In this document: positions 11,617 through 25,206 of the stretch, one piece after another
Position numbering within the stretch: position 1 is the stretch's first letter
Layout of the letters: the number at the start of each line of letters is the position of its first letter
The notes under the pieces: model-generated
The model's database searches: none
What the model was told of the DNA's origin: nothing
What the model saw: only the letters and a program-made list of their open reading frames with translations
Program-made: the position numbers and the translations under genes
NCBI GenBank assembly: GCA_951406725.2
Contig: OX597819.1
Coordinates: forward strand, 25,730,001-25,794,000
From: Octopus vulgaris
Taxonomy: Eukaryota
Length of the DNA stretch: 64,000 nucleotides
Direction of reading: 5' to 3'

Positions 11617-14338
11617 GTAAAAGACTCGGAAATCCACCTACAGGGCTACGCCCTCTTCAGATGTGAGAGAGAAAAAAAGGCGAAGTGGAAGTGTTGCTGT
11701 GTACGTTAAATCTGATCTCAAATCGTCCAGCGGTATTCTACACACTAACGCTCAACCTACAACAAAATTCGATGCCGTCTATTGCAAGCTGAGCCTATCC
11801 GGGTTTTGCCTGTCCGTGTTAGCTGTCTACAGGCCGCCTCTTGCCGACCCCCAGGACGATGCTCATTTACTCGAAGCGATAAGATTCGTTTCAGCTCCTC
11901 ATGACTGTTTGATATTATGAGACTTCAACGCTCCCACGATCGACTGGCCCGCATCAATTTGTACACCATCTTCCCGGTTCGGCCAGGCCCTTCTTGACGT
12001 GGCTGAATATTGTTTTCTATCGCAACATGTTGAATATCCGACAAGGCATCGGTCTGGGCAGCAGCCATCTATGCTGGATCTGGTATTCTCCCGCTATCCA
12101 AGATCAGTGTCAGGCTTATCTGCATGCGCCCCTCTTGCCAAGAGTGATCATGCGGTCCTGAAGTTCGTCATGTACACAACTTTTTCTACGCCCACGACTA
12201 CTTCGCTGCCACGTAGAGTCTTCTCTGCAATTAATCTTGAAATTCTAACCGAGGCTTCCGCGCTTCTGGACTAGCGATCCCTGATGACGATGTTCTCAGT
12301 TCACGAACTATGGTCGTTCCTCAAAGCATATGTAATCTGGTTGACTGACCAAGCAGTTCCTGTTGGGCTTCCCAAGAAGAAGAAACACAAGCCCTGGGTG
12401 ACGAAGAAAGTTAAACGAGAACTTCGACCCAGAGATATTGCTTGGGCTGAATTCAAAATCTAGATTCGACTGCAGCTTTTGAGGTGTATAAAACTCAACG
12501 AGACTGAGCCGTGAAAATTGAAAAGGAAGAACGCTTCAGATATGAATACAGAATCGCGGCAAACGCCAGTCGCAATCCAAAAACCTTCTTTGCCCATGTC
12601 CAACGGAATTCCCGCTTGAACAACAAAATTGCAACGTTGGTATACTCAATTGGCGTATCGACTGAGGACCCTTATCAACAGAGTCAGTTATTTGCCGAGG
12701 CTTTTTCAACTATTTTCAAACAAGATGATGGTCGTGAATCCTCTCCATTTGATAGATCGGTACCTCCAATGTTTAGCTTGGTCATCACGCGGGACGAAGT
12801 CGAACGCGTTATTCAAGGCCTCGATGTCAACAAGGGTCACGGCCCTGACGGCATACACCCACGGTTTATCAAAGCGTTGGCTCCGGTCATCTGCAAGCCT
12901 TTAACACGTCTATTCAATATGTCATTGGTGACGGGTGTTATACCTGCGGACTGGAGAACAGCGATAATCTGCCCAATTTTCAAGAAAGGGAGCCGCGAAG
13001 ACCCGCTTAACTACCGACCAGTTTCCCTTACATCAATAATCAGCAAGATGTTCGAAACCATCCTTAAGAAAAGTATGATGCTCCACCTCCAAAACACAGC
13101 CTCTAACTCTGATTCCCAACACGGCTTCGTGCTGAAGAGATCATGCTTGACCAACTTACTGGTAATGGAAGAATTGGTGACGCGCATCCTCGATGATGGT
13201 GATGCTGTTGACGTCGTTTTATTGGACTTTGCCAAAGCTTTTGACTTGGTAAACCACAGCCTATTACTTCGCAAGCTTCAAGCATATAGTTTCCATCCGG
13301 ATATTGTACGATGGGTTGGTGCCTTCCTCTCAGATCGCTCCTTCCAAGTCCAAGTTAATGGTTCGCTGTCCGACGTCTCCAGTGCGAGCAGTGGCGTGCC
13401 TCAAGGTTCAGTGCTTGGGCCATTATTGTTCTTAGTCTTCATAAATGACTTGCCCGACGACCTCACGCAACACACCCTTCAATTTGCCGATGATGTCAAA
13501 CTGGTCGCTCCTCGCAGTGATACAGAGGATCTTCGTCGATGCCTCCACCAAATTTGGAGATGATCTAACGAATGGGACCTGTCTGAACGTGTCAAAGTGC
13601 TGTCATCTGCCTGTTGGCTCTTCTCCTGCAACTCAACTTGATTTCGAGCCGGGTCGTATGCTGCTGGAGAGGACCGACCAGGTAAAGGACCTGGGTATCT
13701 TGGTGAATTCTTCCTTTTCGCCTTCGGCCCAGTGCGTCCATGCTGCCAACAAAGTACGCGGAGTTCTGTTCTTGATTCGACGATCATTCGGAATGCTCAC
13801 AGCAGCCATATTCCTACCGCTCTATGTCACGCTGGTGAGACCCATATTGGCGTACGGGATTCAAGCCTCTTCTCCTTATCTCCTCAAAGACATACAGCAT
13901 CTCGAAAGAGTCCAGAAGTTGGCTACCCGCATGGTTCTTGGTCTCAAGCATTTGTCTTATGAAGAAAGGCTGAAGACGCTCGACCTTTATTCTCTAGAAA
14001 AGCCGACGACGCCGTGGTAATCTCATTCTTGCTCACAACATCATAAGCGGAAAGTGTAACCTCTCGAAAGAGCTGTTCTTCACTCCTACTCCAGAGCGTA
14101 GGCTGCGTGGTCACTCCGAAAAGCTCTATCTGCGACGATTTCATCTCAATCGAAGGAGAGGGGCTTTCTCCGTCCGGGTTGCGGATCCGTGGAATAAGCT
14201 GCCGGACGAGATAGTGAAGATGCCGACGACCGCTCGGCTCAAAGTCTCCCTTGACCACATGAATACCACCCTGTACATAACTCCATGTCCCCCTACATGG
14301 CCTTGCTTTTTGCTTTTTGAGCCAAAAAATTAACTAAC

Positions 14339-14341
<3 letters not shown>
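11617..14341 (+). mobile_element. CR1-like LINE (family B): APE endonuclease plus RT pseudogene, 5'-truncated, (CTAA)n tail
   Basis: EN motifs DSEIHLQGY, AVYRPP, LIL*DFN, SDH; RT ORF 12511-13563 with GPDGIHP, NYRPVSLTS, QHGF, LDFAKAFD, SGVPQGSVLGP, FADD; C-terminus WNKLP; 3' hairpin CCATGT-CCCCCT-ACATGG then TAACTAACTAAC. Confidence 0.95.
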
Positions 14342-14379
<38 letters not shown>

Positions 14380-14619
14380 TTTAAGATTCCCTGACTAAGC
14401 TAACAGATCACCGGTCTTGGCGCTATTGAACCATCGATTCCTCACAATGATTCATTGTTCTTTAAACCTATTGACATTCTTCCTTTACAGGGTGATGTAT
14501 CTAATTACGCTTGTATATGCATTTACACATGAACGCAAGCAAATTTTTATATAGGTGTGCATGTATACACACGCACACACACACACATATATAAATAAAG
14601 TTAAGGTGTGATATATTGA

Positions 14620-14826
14620 CTTCAAATTTCGGCACAAGACCAGCAACTTCGGAAGAGGGAGTTTGTCGATTACCTCAGTGCTCAACTGGTGCTTATGCTA
14701 TCGACCCAGAAAAGATGAAAGACAAAGTCGACCTCGGCCGTATTTGAACTCAGAACGTTAAGACGGAGGAAAAGCCGCCTAGCATTTTGCATGTTGTGAA
14801 AGCAATTCTTCCAGCTCGGAACCTTA
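14620..14826 (-). mobile_element. MetaSINE-like SINE
   Basis: AAAGTCGACCTCGGCCGTATTTGAACTCAGAACG core. Confidence 0.8.
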
Positions 14827-14909
14827 AGGTGTGATATATTAAAAGATGTAAAGTGTAAAGGGTACAGATCTCAGTCACAAATGACGATGGGTTTACAAGA
14901 GAAAATTAC

Positions 14910-15183
14910 CCTCCGAGGCACAAGTCTGGGCAATGGTGTTTATAGAAGACCAGCAGTCACCCATGCATACCAGCCGCCCATCTCCACGCAACCCGTGTTA
15001 TCCAAGGGAAAGGAAAAGGCCGATATAGTTTGGCACCAGTGACGTTGCAACAGCTGAGTGAACTGGAGCAACGTAAAATAAAGTCTTGCCCAAGAACACA
15101 ACACACAACCCAGCCCGGGAATCGAGCTCACAACCTCATGTATGTGAGCCTGACGCTCTAACCACTAAGCCATGAACCTTCAC
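14910..15183 (-). mobile_element. tRNA-derived SINE with CORE-like domain
   Basis: Minus head GTGAAGG..TGGCTTAGTGGTTAGAGCG (A-box), GAGCTCGATTCCC (B-box), then TTGGGCAAG...CCAGTTCACTCAGCTG. Confidence 0.75.
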
Positions 15184-15341
15184 ATTCAAAGATAAACATG
15201 TGTAATATTTCGGATCCCGTCACTCGAAATTACAACGTACACCAATACAAAGATATGCTTTATTTTCTTCAATTTATTTTTTTTTCAGAGTGTAAAAGAG
15301 CAACACTTCCGATCCTTTTCTGAGACATGGCTCAATTGCGT

Positions 15342-15397
15342 GTAATAAAGTGTACCCAGCTTAACGGTAATAAAGTGTACCCTGATTAACGGTAATA
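15342..15397. repeat. 25-bp tandem duplication (~2.2 copies)
   Basis: GTAATAAAGTGTACCC(AGC/TGA)TTAACG repeated. Confidence 0.8.
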
Positions 15398-16804
15398 CCG
15401 AAGATTGGGAGCGGTTCCCTCATACAGGTTGGCATATAACTTTAACTTCCAAAGTTTCTCGCATAAAGTTTTTTTGTAAACTACCCAAGGTAGTACTAAG
15501 CGATATCCAATTTGATGTGCAATGAGATCGAAACCGAAACCACGTAGTTAATGTACTTGGAAAGTGAACACTTGTTTGTTAATAACAGAGACACGCCTGC
15601 TTGGCGCTACTGCTTCCGTGAATACGCATTTATGCGTGAAAGTATGAGTATGAGGATATGAGCTAGTTTTGTTGCTAAGCAAAGAATGGAACCATTCCCT
15701 TCGTTACAAACACTGTGGCTGTCCGTCAGAGGTGGTAGCGTGTAAACAAGTCAGCTGACGGAAGTCGGACCGACCTGAAGCACGCAGTTAGAGCGCATGT
15801 TGGTATGAGAGCTTGTGAGGCTGGTTGTTTTTAGTGGCTGTTTACCAGTCAGTATATATACAACAAGCACGCCGCACTCTGTCTGCAAACATTAGCTGCC
15901 TTATTTCCTAGCGATCAAGCTACCATGGAATGACACCGAAAGGCGGATCATATTTTGTTTTTTTGCTTAAAGTAAGGAACTAATATTTATTACATTTTTT
16001 GAAATGAATTATATTTATCGCTTCTCTGAATGTGTATCTGCATATCTGCATGATTGTATATGGGTGTGTGCCCTTGTATATATATACATATGCGTGCCCG
16101 TGTGTCTGTGCGTATCCATGTACGTTTGTGTATACAAGCCGCACATTATAATGTTCATATGATACAACCTGTAGGATTCTCAAAGCACAAACTTATAAAA
16201 ATATTTATGTATACATTTAGAAAGTATATTTCTTATTTCATTTTTATTCATGTAAAGAATATACATCTGTTTGGTATTCACGGTTGTATACATGCATACA
16301 TACATACATACATATACGCATACGTACATACATACAAACACACATACGTGTGCGCGCGAGTGCATATATATATATATATATATACATATGTCTGTGTATT
16401 TGTTGTATATAAATGTGTGTCTGTGTCTGTGTGCACGTGTGTCTATGTGTGTGTGTATGTAAAATTTCCTTTGAAATACTTTAAAGCAAATACTTTAAAA
16501 ACGGGAATAGTGTAACCTTAGAAACATAGGATGATAAACAAAATAATCTTAGATGCCCAATATCTAACGCGATGTTCACGGTTGGGAGTTTTACTCAATG
16601 CGAATACTCATTAACGGTTGACCTGTGGCTAAAAGCAGCAGCTTCAAAAGCGCACGCGCTTTCACTCACATACGCATACACGCTTTTACAGATTCTCATT
16701 CATACACTTTCAATCAAACACATACTCACATATATACACAATACACACGCACACATAAGTTGTTTCATTCTCACACGTACTTCCTCTCAACTTCAACACA
16801 CGCA

Positions 16805-16961
16805 TACATAGATACATACATACATACATACATACATACATACATACATACATACATACATACATACATACATACACACATACATACATACATACATACG
16901 TACATACATACATACATACATACATACATACACACATACATACATACATACATACATACAC

Positions 16962-17020
<59 letters not shown>

Positions 17021-17074
17021 TATATATGTATATGTTTGTATATGTACGTATATGTATATTTTTGTATATGTACG

Positions 17075-17122
<48 letters not shown>

Positions 17123-17300
17123 TAAGTATGTATATATATATATATGCATATATATATACATATCTGTATATATGTATGTATGTATATATATATATATTTA
17201 TATATATATATATTTATCCATGCACACATATACGCATGCATATGTATGCATATATATGTATGCCTACATAGATACACACACACACACATATGCATACATA
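16805..17300. repeat. Compound (TACA)n/(TA)n microsatellite
   Basis: Direct reading. Confidence 0.95.
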
Positions 17301-18376
17301 CACACCAACAAACGTATTATTAGTCACCCATTCACAAGCATACACACTTGGTCTGTCAAACAGCCCCTCCCCCCTTCAAACACACGCTTACTTTCTTACA
17401 CATCTCATTTCCACACATACACATGTTCTTTCGCTTCTGTCACATACCATCAACACGTTAGTCGTTCTCTCATTCAATATTTTGTTGTTGTTGTTTTTTT
17501 CACTGTTTATTAGCATTCAAAAAGTTTCGCTACTGCTACTACCTAGTATTGTGTGGAGCCGATCAAAACACTTGTATTTATTATGAGAGGAAGATTTGCA
17601 TTCACAAAAGAAACCCAAACAAACGTTTGGGATTTTACGGATGAAAAAAGGTTTCGTCTTGTTTCTGTTTAACCACCCCTCTCGCCCCGATCAATTCCGA
17701 CGATGCGGAGATCGAGGATCAAAATCGTTCCATACGTGGCAATCTCTTCAAAGTATTTTTTTTTCAATAATATCTTGCTATTTGGTTAGCTATATATTCT
17801 ACTTGTAAAATTAGCGCAATGAAAACTTAAAATACGTAGATAATATAGTAACTATTTTATAATAATTGTTATATATATATATATATATATGATATTTAGA
17901 GTGCTTAAAGAGAAAAGCAAACATGGTGAGACTGCGATTCCGGTTTCAAATAGCAGATAACGCTGGTTATACCTTATGGAACGACATATACGCCAATCTC
18001 CCGTTTTTCTTAAAAATACAAATACTAGGATTTCGATGTGATGTTTATATTCACTAACCACTTAAACATGTGCCGGATATCATTTAGAATCTTCCCGATA
18101 GGTGGTTGTAAGGACCCGGCATCGATCCAGGGTTACATACATTCCCTTTTATTTTTATAAGTGTGGATATCCCTAAGTGGAGGTAACTCCCGTATTTTGT
18201 AGCCTCTGTTTATGATTCAAACAGTAGGTCGTTTTATGGTTTTATATCTTAAAGGTTCGCACGTTCCTTTTTTTTTTCTCTTTCTCTTTAAATTTCATTT
18301 CTGTTGCATTTTAAACAATATGTAAATATCTATCTATTTTATTTATTTATCTATCCATCCACCCATCAATCTATCC

Positions 18377-18443
<67 letters not shown>

Positions 18444-18448
18444 CATCC

Positions 18449-18503
<55 letters not shown>

Positions 18504-18532
18504 CATCTATCTATCTATCTATCTATCTGCCT

Positions 18533-18593
<61 letters not shown>

Positions 18594-19302
18594 ATTATCA
18601 GTGTATACATACATGTATACATATGTGTATGTATGTATTCATGTACGTGTATACACACACACACACGCACACATATACGAAAAGGAAGAAAATCAGCCTA
18701 AAAGTACAGATAGAAACACACACCTCTTTAAACATATATGTGCGCGCGTGTTAATATTTCTATTTGTTTACACGCACGCAGGCGTACACACACACATACA
18801 TACACACACACACACGGAGACTGTGATTGTGGTTTGTTGTAACTATGGCTCCACATGACAGTGTTTAGAACGAGCCAAGTCAAAAGTGGACACTCACTCT
18901 CTCTGTGCTCACCTAATTTGCTAGAAATAGCAACTATAACTAAAAAAAATTAAAATCTCATTCGATCATTAAAATATAATTTTAAAAAGTGACACGTTTT
19001 ACTATGGCAATGTCAGTGGCACAGTTTGAATAGGGGATTAGCAACTACAACGATAGATATGCTCAGAACAAAGAAATATTTCTTATATATCTTCCTTAAA
19101 GTAATTTACAAGAGAATAACTTCTATTTGCTCTAATAACCGAGTAGTTAATGTTTATTCTTCAGATTACTAGAGCCTGCACACACAAACACACACACGCG
19201 CGCGCACACGCACACGCACACACACACAAACACTATCACGCTCGGACGTGCGCACACTCGCATACATATATGCGTACGTAATGCACGTACACAGAGCTAT
19301 TC

Positions 19303-19700
19303 ATTTCTACTCAAGGCACTAAGCCCGAAATTTTTGAGGAGAGGGAGCCAGTCGATTAGATCAACCCCGAAGGCAACTGGTACTTGATTTATCGACTCTG
19401 AAAGGATGAAAGGCACAGTCGACCTCGGCGGAATTTGAACTCAGAACGTAACGGCGCACGACATACCTATTTCTTTACTATCCACAAGGGGCTAAACACA
19501 GAGGGGACAAACAAGAACAGACAAACGGATTACGTCGATTACATCGACTCCCAGTGCGTAACTGGTACTTAATTTATCGACCCCGAAAGGGTGAAAGGCA
19601 AAGTCAACCTCGGCGGAATTTGAACTCAGAACTTAAGGAAAGACAAAATACGGCTACGCATTTCGCCCGGCGTGCTAACGTTTCCGCCAGCGCGCCGCCT
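19303..19700 (-). mobile_element. Dimeric MetaSINE-like SINE with two different 3' tails
   Basis: Full unit 19700-19468 with tail TTTGTCCCCTCTGTGTTTAGCCCCTTGTGG..TAAAGAAA, followed by a head-less second unit 19460-19303. Confidence 0.85.
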
Positions 19701-19820
19701 TACGTACACAGAGATATTGATAGCAATGTGTATAATTGTTTTTGTGTGTATATATATATACACACAAACACAATGACATTGATACTGATCGATTTCCATG
19801 CTTACATATACAAACAAAAG

Positions 19821-19852
<32 letters not shown>

Positions 19853-19854
19853 CG

Positions 19855-19895
<41 letters not shown>

Positions 19896-20124
19896 ATGTT
19901 TGTGTGTATGTAGAAACTAATCATTGATCAGTATAGATCGATCTGTAGTTCAACTAAAAATACCACACCCTTTATATTTTTAGAAAGTGTGTCAGAGATC
20001 TGGACAGAGATATACTACAAATAATAAAAGGAAGAAAGTACAGAAAGAAGGGAAGAAAGAAAAAAAAAATCAACAACTTATTTAATGTAGTTCCAACGAT
20101 TTGATCACATCTGTGTAGAGTCTA

Positions 20125-20525
20125 TACTCTTTTACTCTTTTACTTGTTTCAGTCATTTGAGTGCGGTCATGCTGGAGCACCGCCTTTAGTCGAGCAAATC
20201 GACCCCGGGACTTATTCTTTTTAAAGCCCAGTACTTATTCTATCGGTCTCTTTTTGCCGAACCGCTACGTGACGGGGACGTAAACACACCAGCATCGGTT
20301 GTCAAGCAATGCTAGGGGGACAAACACAGACACACAAACGCACATATATTTATATATATATACGACAGGCTTCTTTCAATTTCCGTCTACCAAATCCACT
20401 CACAAGGTATTGGTCGGCCCGGGGCTATAGCAGAAGACACTTGCCCAAGATGCCACGCAGTGGGACTGAACCCGGAACCATGTGGTTGGTTAGCAAGCTA
20501 CTTACCACACAGCCACTCCTGCGCC
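20125..20525 (-). mobile_element. tRNA-derived SINE with internal microsatellite (family of 24756-25206)
   Basis: Head GGCGCAGGAGTGGCTGTGTGGTAAG, GGTTCAGTCCC, TTGGGCAAGTG; tail GGCGGTGCTCCAGCATG..CTGAAACAAG(TAAAAGAG)n. Confidence 0.9.
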
Positions 20526-20538
20526 TTTAAAAAAAAAA

Positions 20539-20588
<50 letters not shown>

Positions 20589-20603
20589 GTATATATATGT
20601 ATA

Positions 20604-20712
<109 letters not shown>

Positions 20713-20716
20713 ATAT

Positions 20717-20880
20717 AAACGCGGAGTAGATGAAACAGGGCACCTGATGAAGGGGAACATTCTTTATGTTGCATGTCTCGTTTCTCTGTTTTTTTCGTTG
20801 TTAGAAAAAAAAGTTCGTTTTTATGTTTTCGTTTCTCATTGTGTTCAGCGTTTTTTTTTTTTTTTTTTGATATACCCATA
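20717..20880 (+). mobile_element. Penelope-like pseudo-LTR fragment
   Basis: CCTGATGAAGGGGAA followed by a T-rich segment homologous to 1378-1530; sits between (TA)n tracts. Confidence 0.45.
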
Positions 20881-21127
20881 TATGTATGTATAAATACATT
20901 TATATGTAGGCATGTACATAAATATGTATATATTTATATATTTATATATTATTTATATTATCATATATCTACACACACACACACACACATACACAGACAT
21001 ATTCTTATTTTGTATAATATTGTAGAATACTTTTGCCATAACGATTTAAATATATTCCTTAGCCTTGTAAAACAAGTCTTGTGAGCCTTTAAAACAAGTC
21101 TTTGAGTTTTTCATCTTATTTCTTTGT

Positions 21128-21495
<368 letters not shown>

Positions 21496-21767
21496 TGAGA
21501 GAGAGAAATAGATATAAGAACGAAGAAAGGTACTATTGCTATTTAACTGCATGTCATTACATTAATGAAATACGTCAAAGTTTGTTTACATCAGAACATT
21601 TGTAAACATCTGTAACAGGGCAAATCATTGGAAATACACATGCACACATGGCAGTTGTGCCTACAACTAGCAGCTGCAAAGAAACCCGTAATGGCAACTA
21701 GAAATAACATTTGTGTTCGTATAATATACAAACTATTATGATACACACACAAACAGGCCTAGCCAGT

Positions 21768-21867
<100 letters not shown>

Positions 21868-21992
21868 CCCTCTCTCTCTTTATATATATGTCTGTCTATC
21901 TATCTGTCAATTTGTCTATCGATGAATATTTCTCTATATCTTCCCTCCTCTTATTTTTATCTCTCAAATTTTTCTTGTGTATACGTATTCTT

Positions 21993-22282
21993 TGGAGGTG
22001 CAATGGCCCAGTGGTTAGGGCAGCGGACTCGCGGTTTCGATTCCCAGACCGGGCGTCGTGTGTTTATTGAGCGAAAACACCTAAAGCTGGCAGGGGGGGT
22101 GGCGACCCCTGTTGTACTCTTCGTCCCAACTTACTCTCACTCTTTCTTCCTGTTTCCTGAGTAGTACGGCCATGGACTGGCGTCCAGTCCAGCTGGTGGG
22201 GAGCACATACGCCATAGAAACCAGGAATCCAGGGCCATGAGCCAGGCTAGGCTTGAAAAGGGCGCATAAAAAAATAAATAAA
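21993..22282 (+). mobile_element. tRNA(Arg)-like SINE with V-domain-like 3' part
   Basis: GGAGGTGCAATGGCCCAGTGGTTAGGGCAGCGGACTCGCGG, TTCGATTCCC; GGACTGGCGTCCAGTCCAG; A-rich tail. Confidence 0.8.
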
Positions 22283-22316
22283 CTAAGTATTCTTAGATGT
22301 ACTTTCTCTTACTTCC

Positions 22317-22317
<1 letters not shown>

Positions 22318-22349
<32 letters not shown>

Positions 22350-22386
22350 GAGAGAGATGGATAGATAGATAGATAGATGGATAGAG

Positions 22387-22445
<59 letters not shown>

Positions 22446-22464
22446 AAGATAGAGAGATGGATAG

Positions 22465-22501
<37 letters not shown>

Positions 22502-22503
22502 TG

Positions 22504-22538
<35 letters not shown>

Positions 22539-22800
22539 GGATAGAGAGATATATAGATAGACAGATAGATAAATAGATAGATAGATAGATTGATAGATAT
22601 ATAGATAGAGAGATAAATAGATAGATAGAGAGAGAGAGAGAGAGATGGATGGATGGATACATACATATATATATACGTGTGTGTATGTGTGTGTGTGTGT
22701 GTGTGCTTGTGTATGTGTGTATATATATGTATGTGTGTGAGAGAGACAGAGATAAAAGGAAAGAGAAAGGCAAAGAGAGAGAGAGAGAGAGAGAGGTGGG
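22318..22800. repeat. (GATA)n/(GA)n/(GT)n compound microsatellite
   Basis: Direct reading. Confidence 0.95.
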
Positions 22801-24004
22801 GAGGTGCATGTTCTCGACATGTCTCTGAGTTGTGATTGTAGGTTAAAATCGAAACCTCTCCATGTCACTTATTCTTTTATGCTCTGCCGTTCATCTTCGC
22901 CACGTAATCGCTCTTCTTGCAAATAATTTTCATATGATATAAAAGTTATTTAATTATTTCGCAGAACTAATGGATTTGAAAGCGCTGTTTGTTTAGCTCC
23001 AGTTTCTATGGCAACGGTGACCAAATTGTTGCTCAGGTGTTTCATGTGGCACTGAAAGCTGCGATGTATGGTTACCGACATAATATTCCGTTTCAATACT
23101 ATTCTCTGCAAAATGCTGCGTTTTTGGAAAATGCAAGGTGGGAGGAAGTTTAGAACTATATAATATGTAGTTTATATGCATACGTATCTACATACCTGCA
23201 TTGAAAAGTTAGCAAAAATTATATCATGCGGCTTTTGGAAGTAAAAAATATATTTATGCATGTCTCTTCTTATCAAACAGGTTGGACACTCAAGATGGGT
23301 TAAAAAACAGACAAACAAGAACAACGCTTTCAGACGCAACGGTGGGTTGGGGTTTTAGGGTTGGTTGTTCCAAAATTAAAGTGGTGTTTGAGGGGCATTT
23401 TTTTTTATATTTTGAAGAAGGGCTCTGGCAAATATTCACAAGTTCCTACTTGCGTCTCCGGATTCCGGTCTGATGTACCGACTGAACCCCACTCTTCGAG
23501 GCCCTGTCCATAGCGTACTCTAGTCGGAAGACAGCTTAAACTGTTATTTGTATATAAACTTTCTCAGACACCCAGGTAACTAAGATACACAAATTAACAT
23601 CTTCCTTTCTTAGATTGAACCTACAGCTCACGAAGGTAAATATTTCAATACAACATAATCAATGCGTCTACTACGTTTCGATTACTTAATATAAACATTA
23701 TCAGATGCTACCATGAAAATATTTGATAAATAATAATATATAAATAACGATTTTTTAATACCTGAAAATCAATTGAACGTATCCAACGAAAAAATAATGC
23801 TTGTTTTACGAAACCCAGCAAAATGAAGGGCAACGTTCTGAATTCAGTAGAAGTTGTACCCAGGACGCTGCAAGATGAGACAAAATTGAATACGATACAA
23901 CTCCTGGATGATCTGGGGCACACACTAAATAATGTGACCTGGGGGTCATCAAGTGTTTCAGCGTTTTCAACATTAGACACTCCTACCCTGTAAAACAACT
24001 GATA

Positions 24005-24251
24005 CAGTTGTGTCTGCGGAGAGTCATTTTCTTTTTGTGCCTTATAATGTAACACACTCATCGGTAAAATTTCCACTTATTTCTTAATTTTTATTTTCCT
24101 AAAATTTTCGTTGAGTCAAGACTATTGAAAAGGTTGCAAGACGCAACGAAAATTTTAGGAAAATAAAAATAAGAAATAAGTGGAAATTTTACTGGTGAGT
24201 GTGTTACATTATAAGGCACAAAAAGAAAATGACTCTCCCCAGACACAACAG
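24005..24251. mobile_element. Fold-back/MITE-like palindrome (~113-bp arms, ~22-bp spacer)
   Basis: CAGTTGTGTCTGCGGAGAGTCATTTTC...TTTCGTTGAGTC mirrored by GACGCAACGAAAA...GACTCTCCCCAGACACAACAG; TA precedes the left end. Confidence 0.8.
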
Positions 24252-24755
24252 AATATGCTTCAGCACACAAACTCATATAAAGAATCTTGCAAACCAAATC
24301 CCAAAACGAAACTGATACAGTGTTCATTTTCTTTTATATTATTTGCTAACGCAGCATTAAAATTGACGAGTCTCCATATAGACTTCCGATATACTATAAG
24401 TAGCCATCAAATCTCGCTTAATTCAATCTCTCGTGTTTTTAATGAAAGTACACAATACATAACAGAATCTTATTTCATCTAAAAAAACCAAGATAGCGTG
24501 AAATATATTTGGTTATAGCTCAGTTTCCTCATGATCAAACTGGAGCTATAAACAACAGCATTTTTAATACTCTTTGAATCACTTGTACCAGAGTCACAAG
24601 GTCAGAAATCTGTGCGGAAACTGTAATTGTCGATTAAATTAACGCAAGTGCTTGGTAGACTTTGATCCAACTCAAAAGGATGATCGGCAGAATTTGAACA
24701 CTGAACATATGGAACCGATCCAGATGCATCGATGTATATATTATTTTGCATCAAA

Positions 24756-24917
24756 GGTGCAGGAGTGGCTGTGTGGTAAGTAGCTTGCTTACCAACCACA
24801 TGGTTCCGGGTTCAGTCCCACTGCGTGGCATCTTGGGCAAGTGTCTTCTGCTATAGCCTCGGGCCGACCAATGCCTTGTGAGTGGATTTGGTAGACGGAA
24901 ACTGAAAGAAGCCTGTC

Positions 24918-25000
<83 letters not shown>

Positions 25001-25206
25001 TGTGTTTGTCCCCCTAGCGTTGCTTGACAACCGATGCTGGTGTGTTTACGTCCCCGTTACTTTAGCGGCTCGGCAAAAGAGACCGATAGAATAAGTACTG
25101 GGCTTACAAAGAATAAGTCCCGGGGTCGATTTGCTCGACTAAAGGCAGTGCTCCAGCATGGCCGCAGTCAAATGACTGAAACAAATAAAAGAGTAAAAAT
25201 GAGTAA
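24756..25206 (+). mobile_element. tRNA-derived SINE with internal (TA)n(GT)n
   Basis: Full-length copy; same family as 20125-20525 and 51316-51724. Confidence 0.9.

Noticed and set aside
12511-13563. Intact, active reverse transcriptase gene
   Set aside because: Flanking stops and frameshifts break the EN-RT frame and the element is 5'-truncated.
14331-14341. (CTAA)n as a telomeric remnant
   Set aside because: It is short, is not TTAGGG-type, and forms the 3' tail of the LINE.
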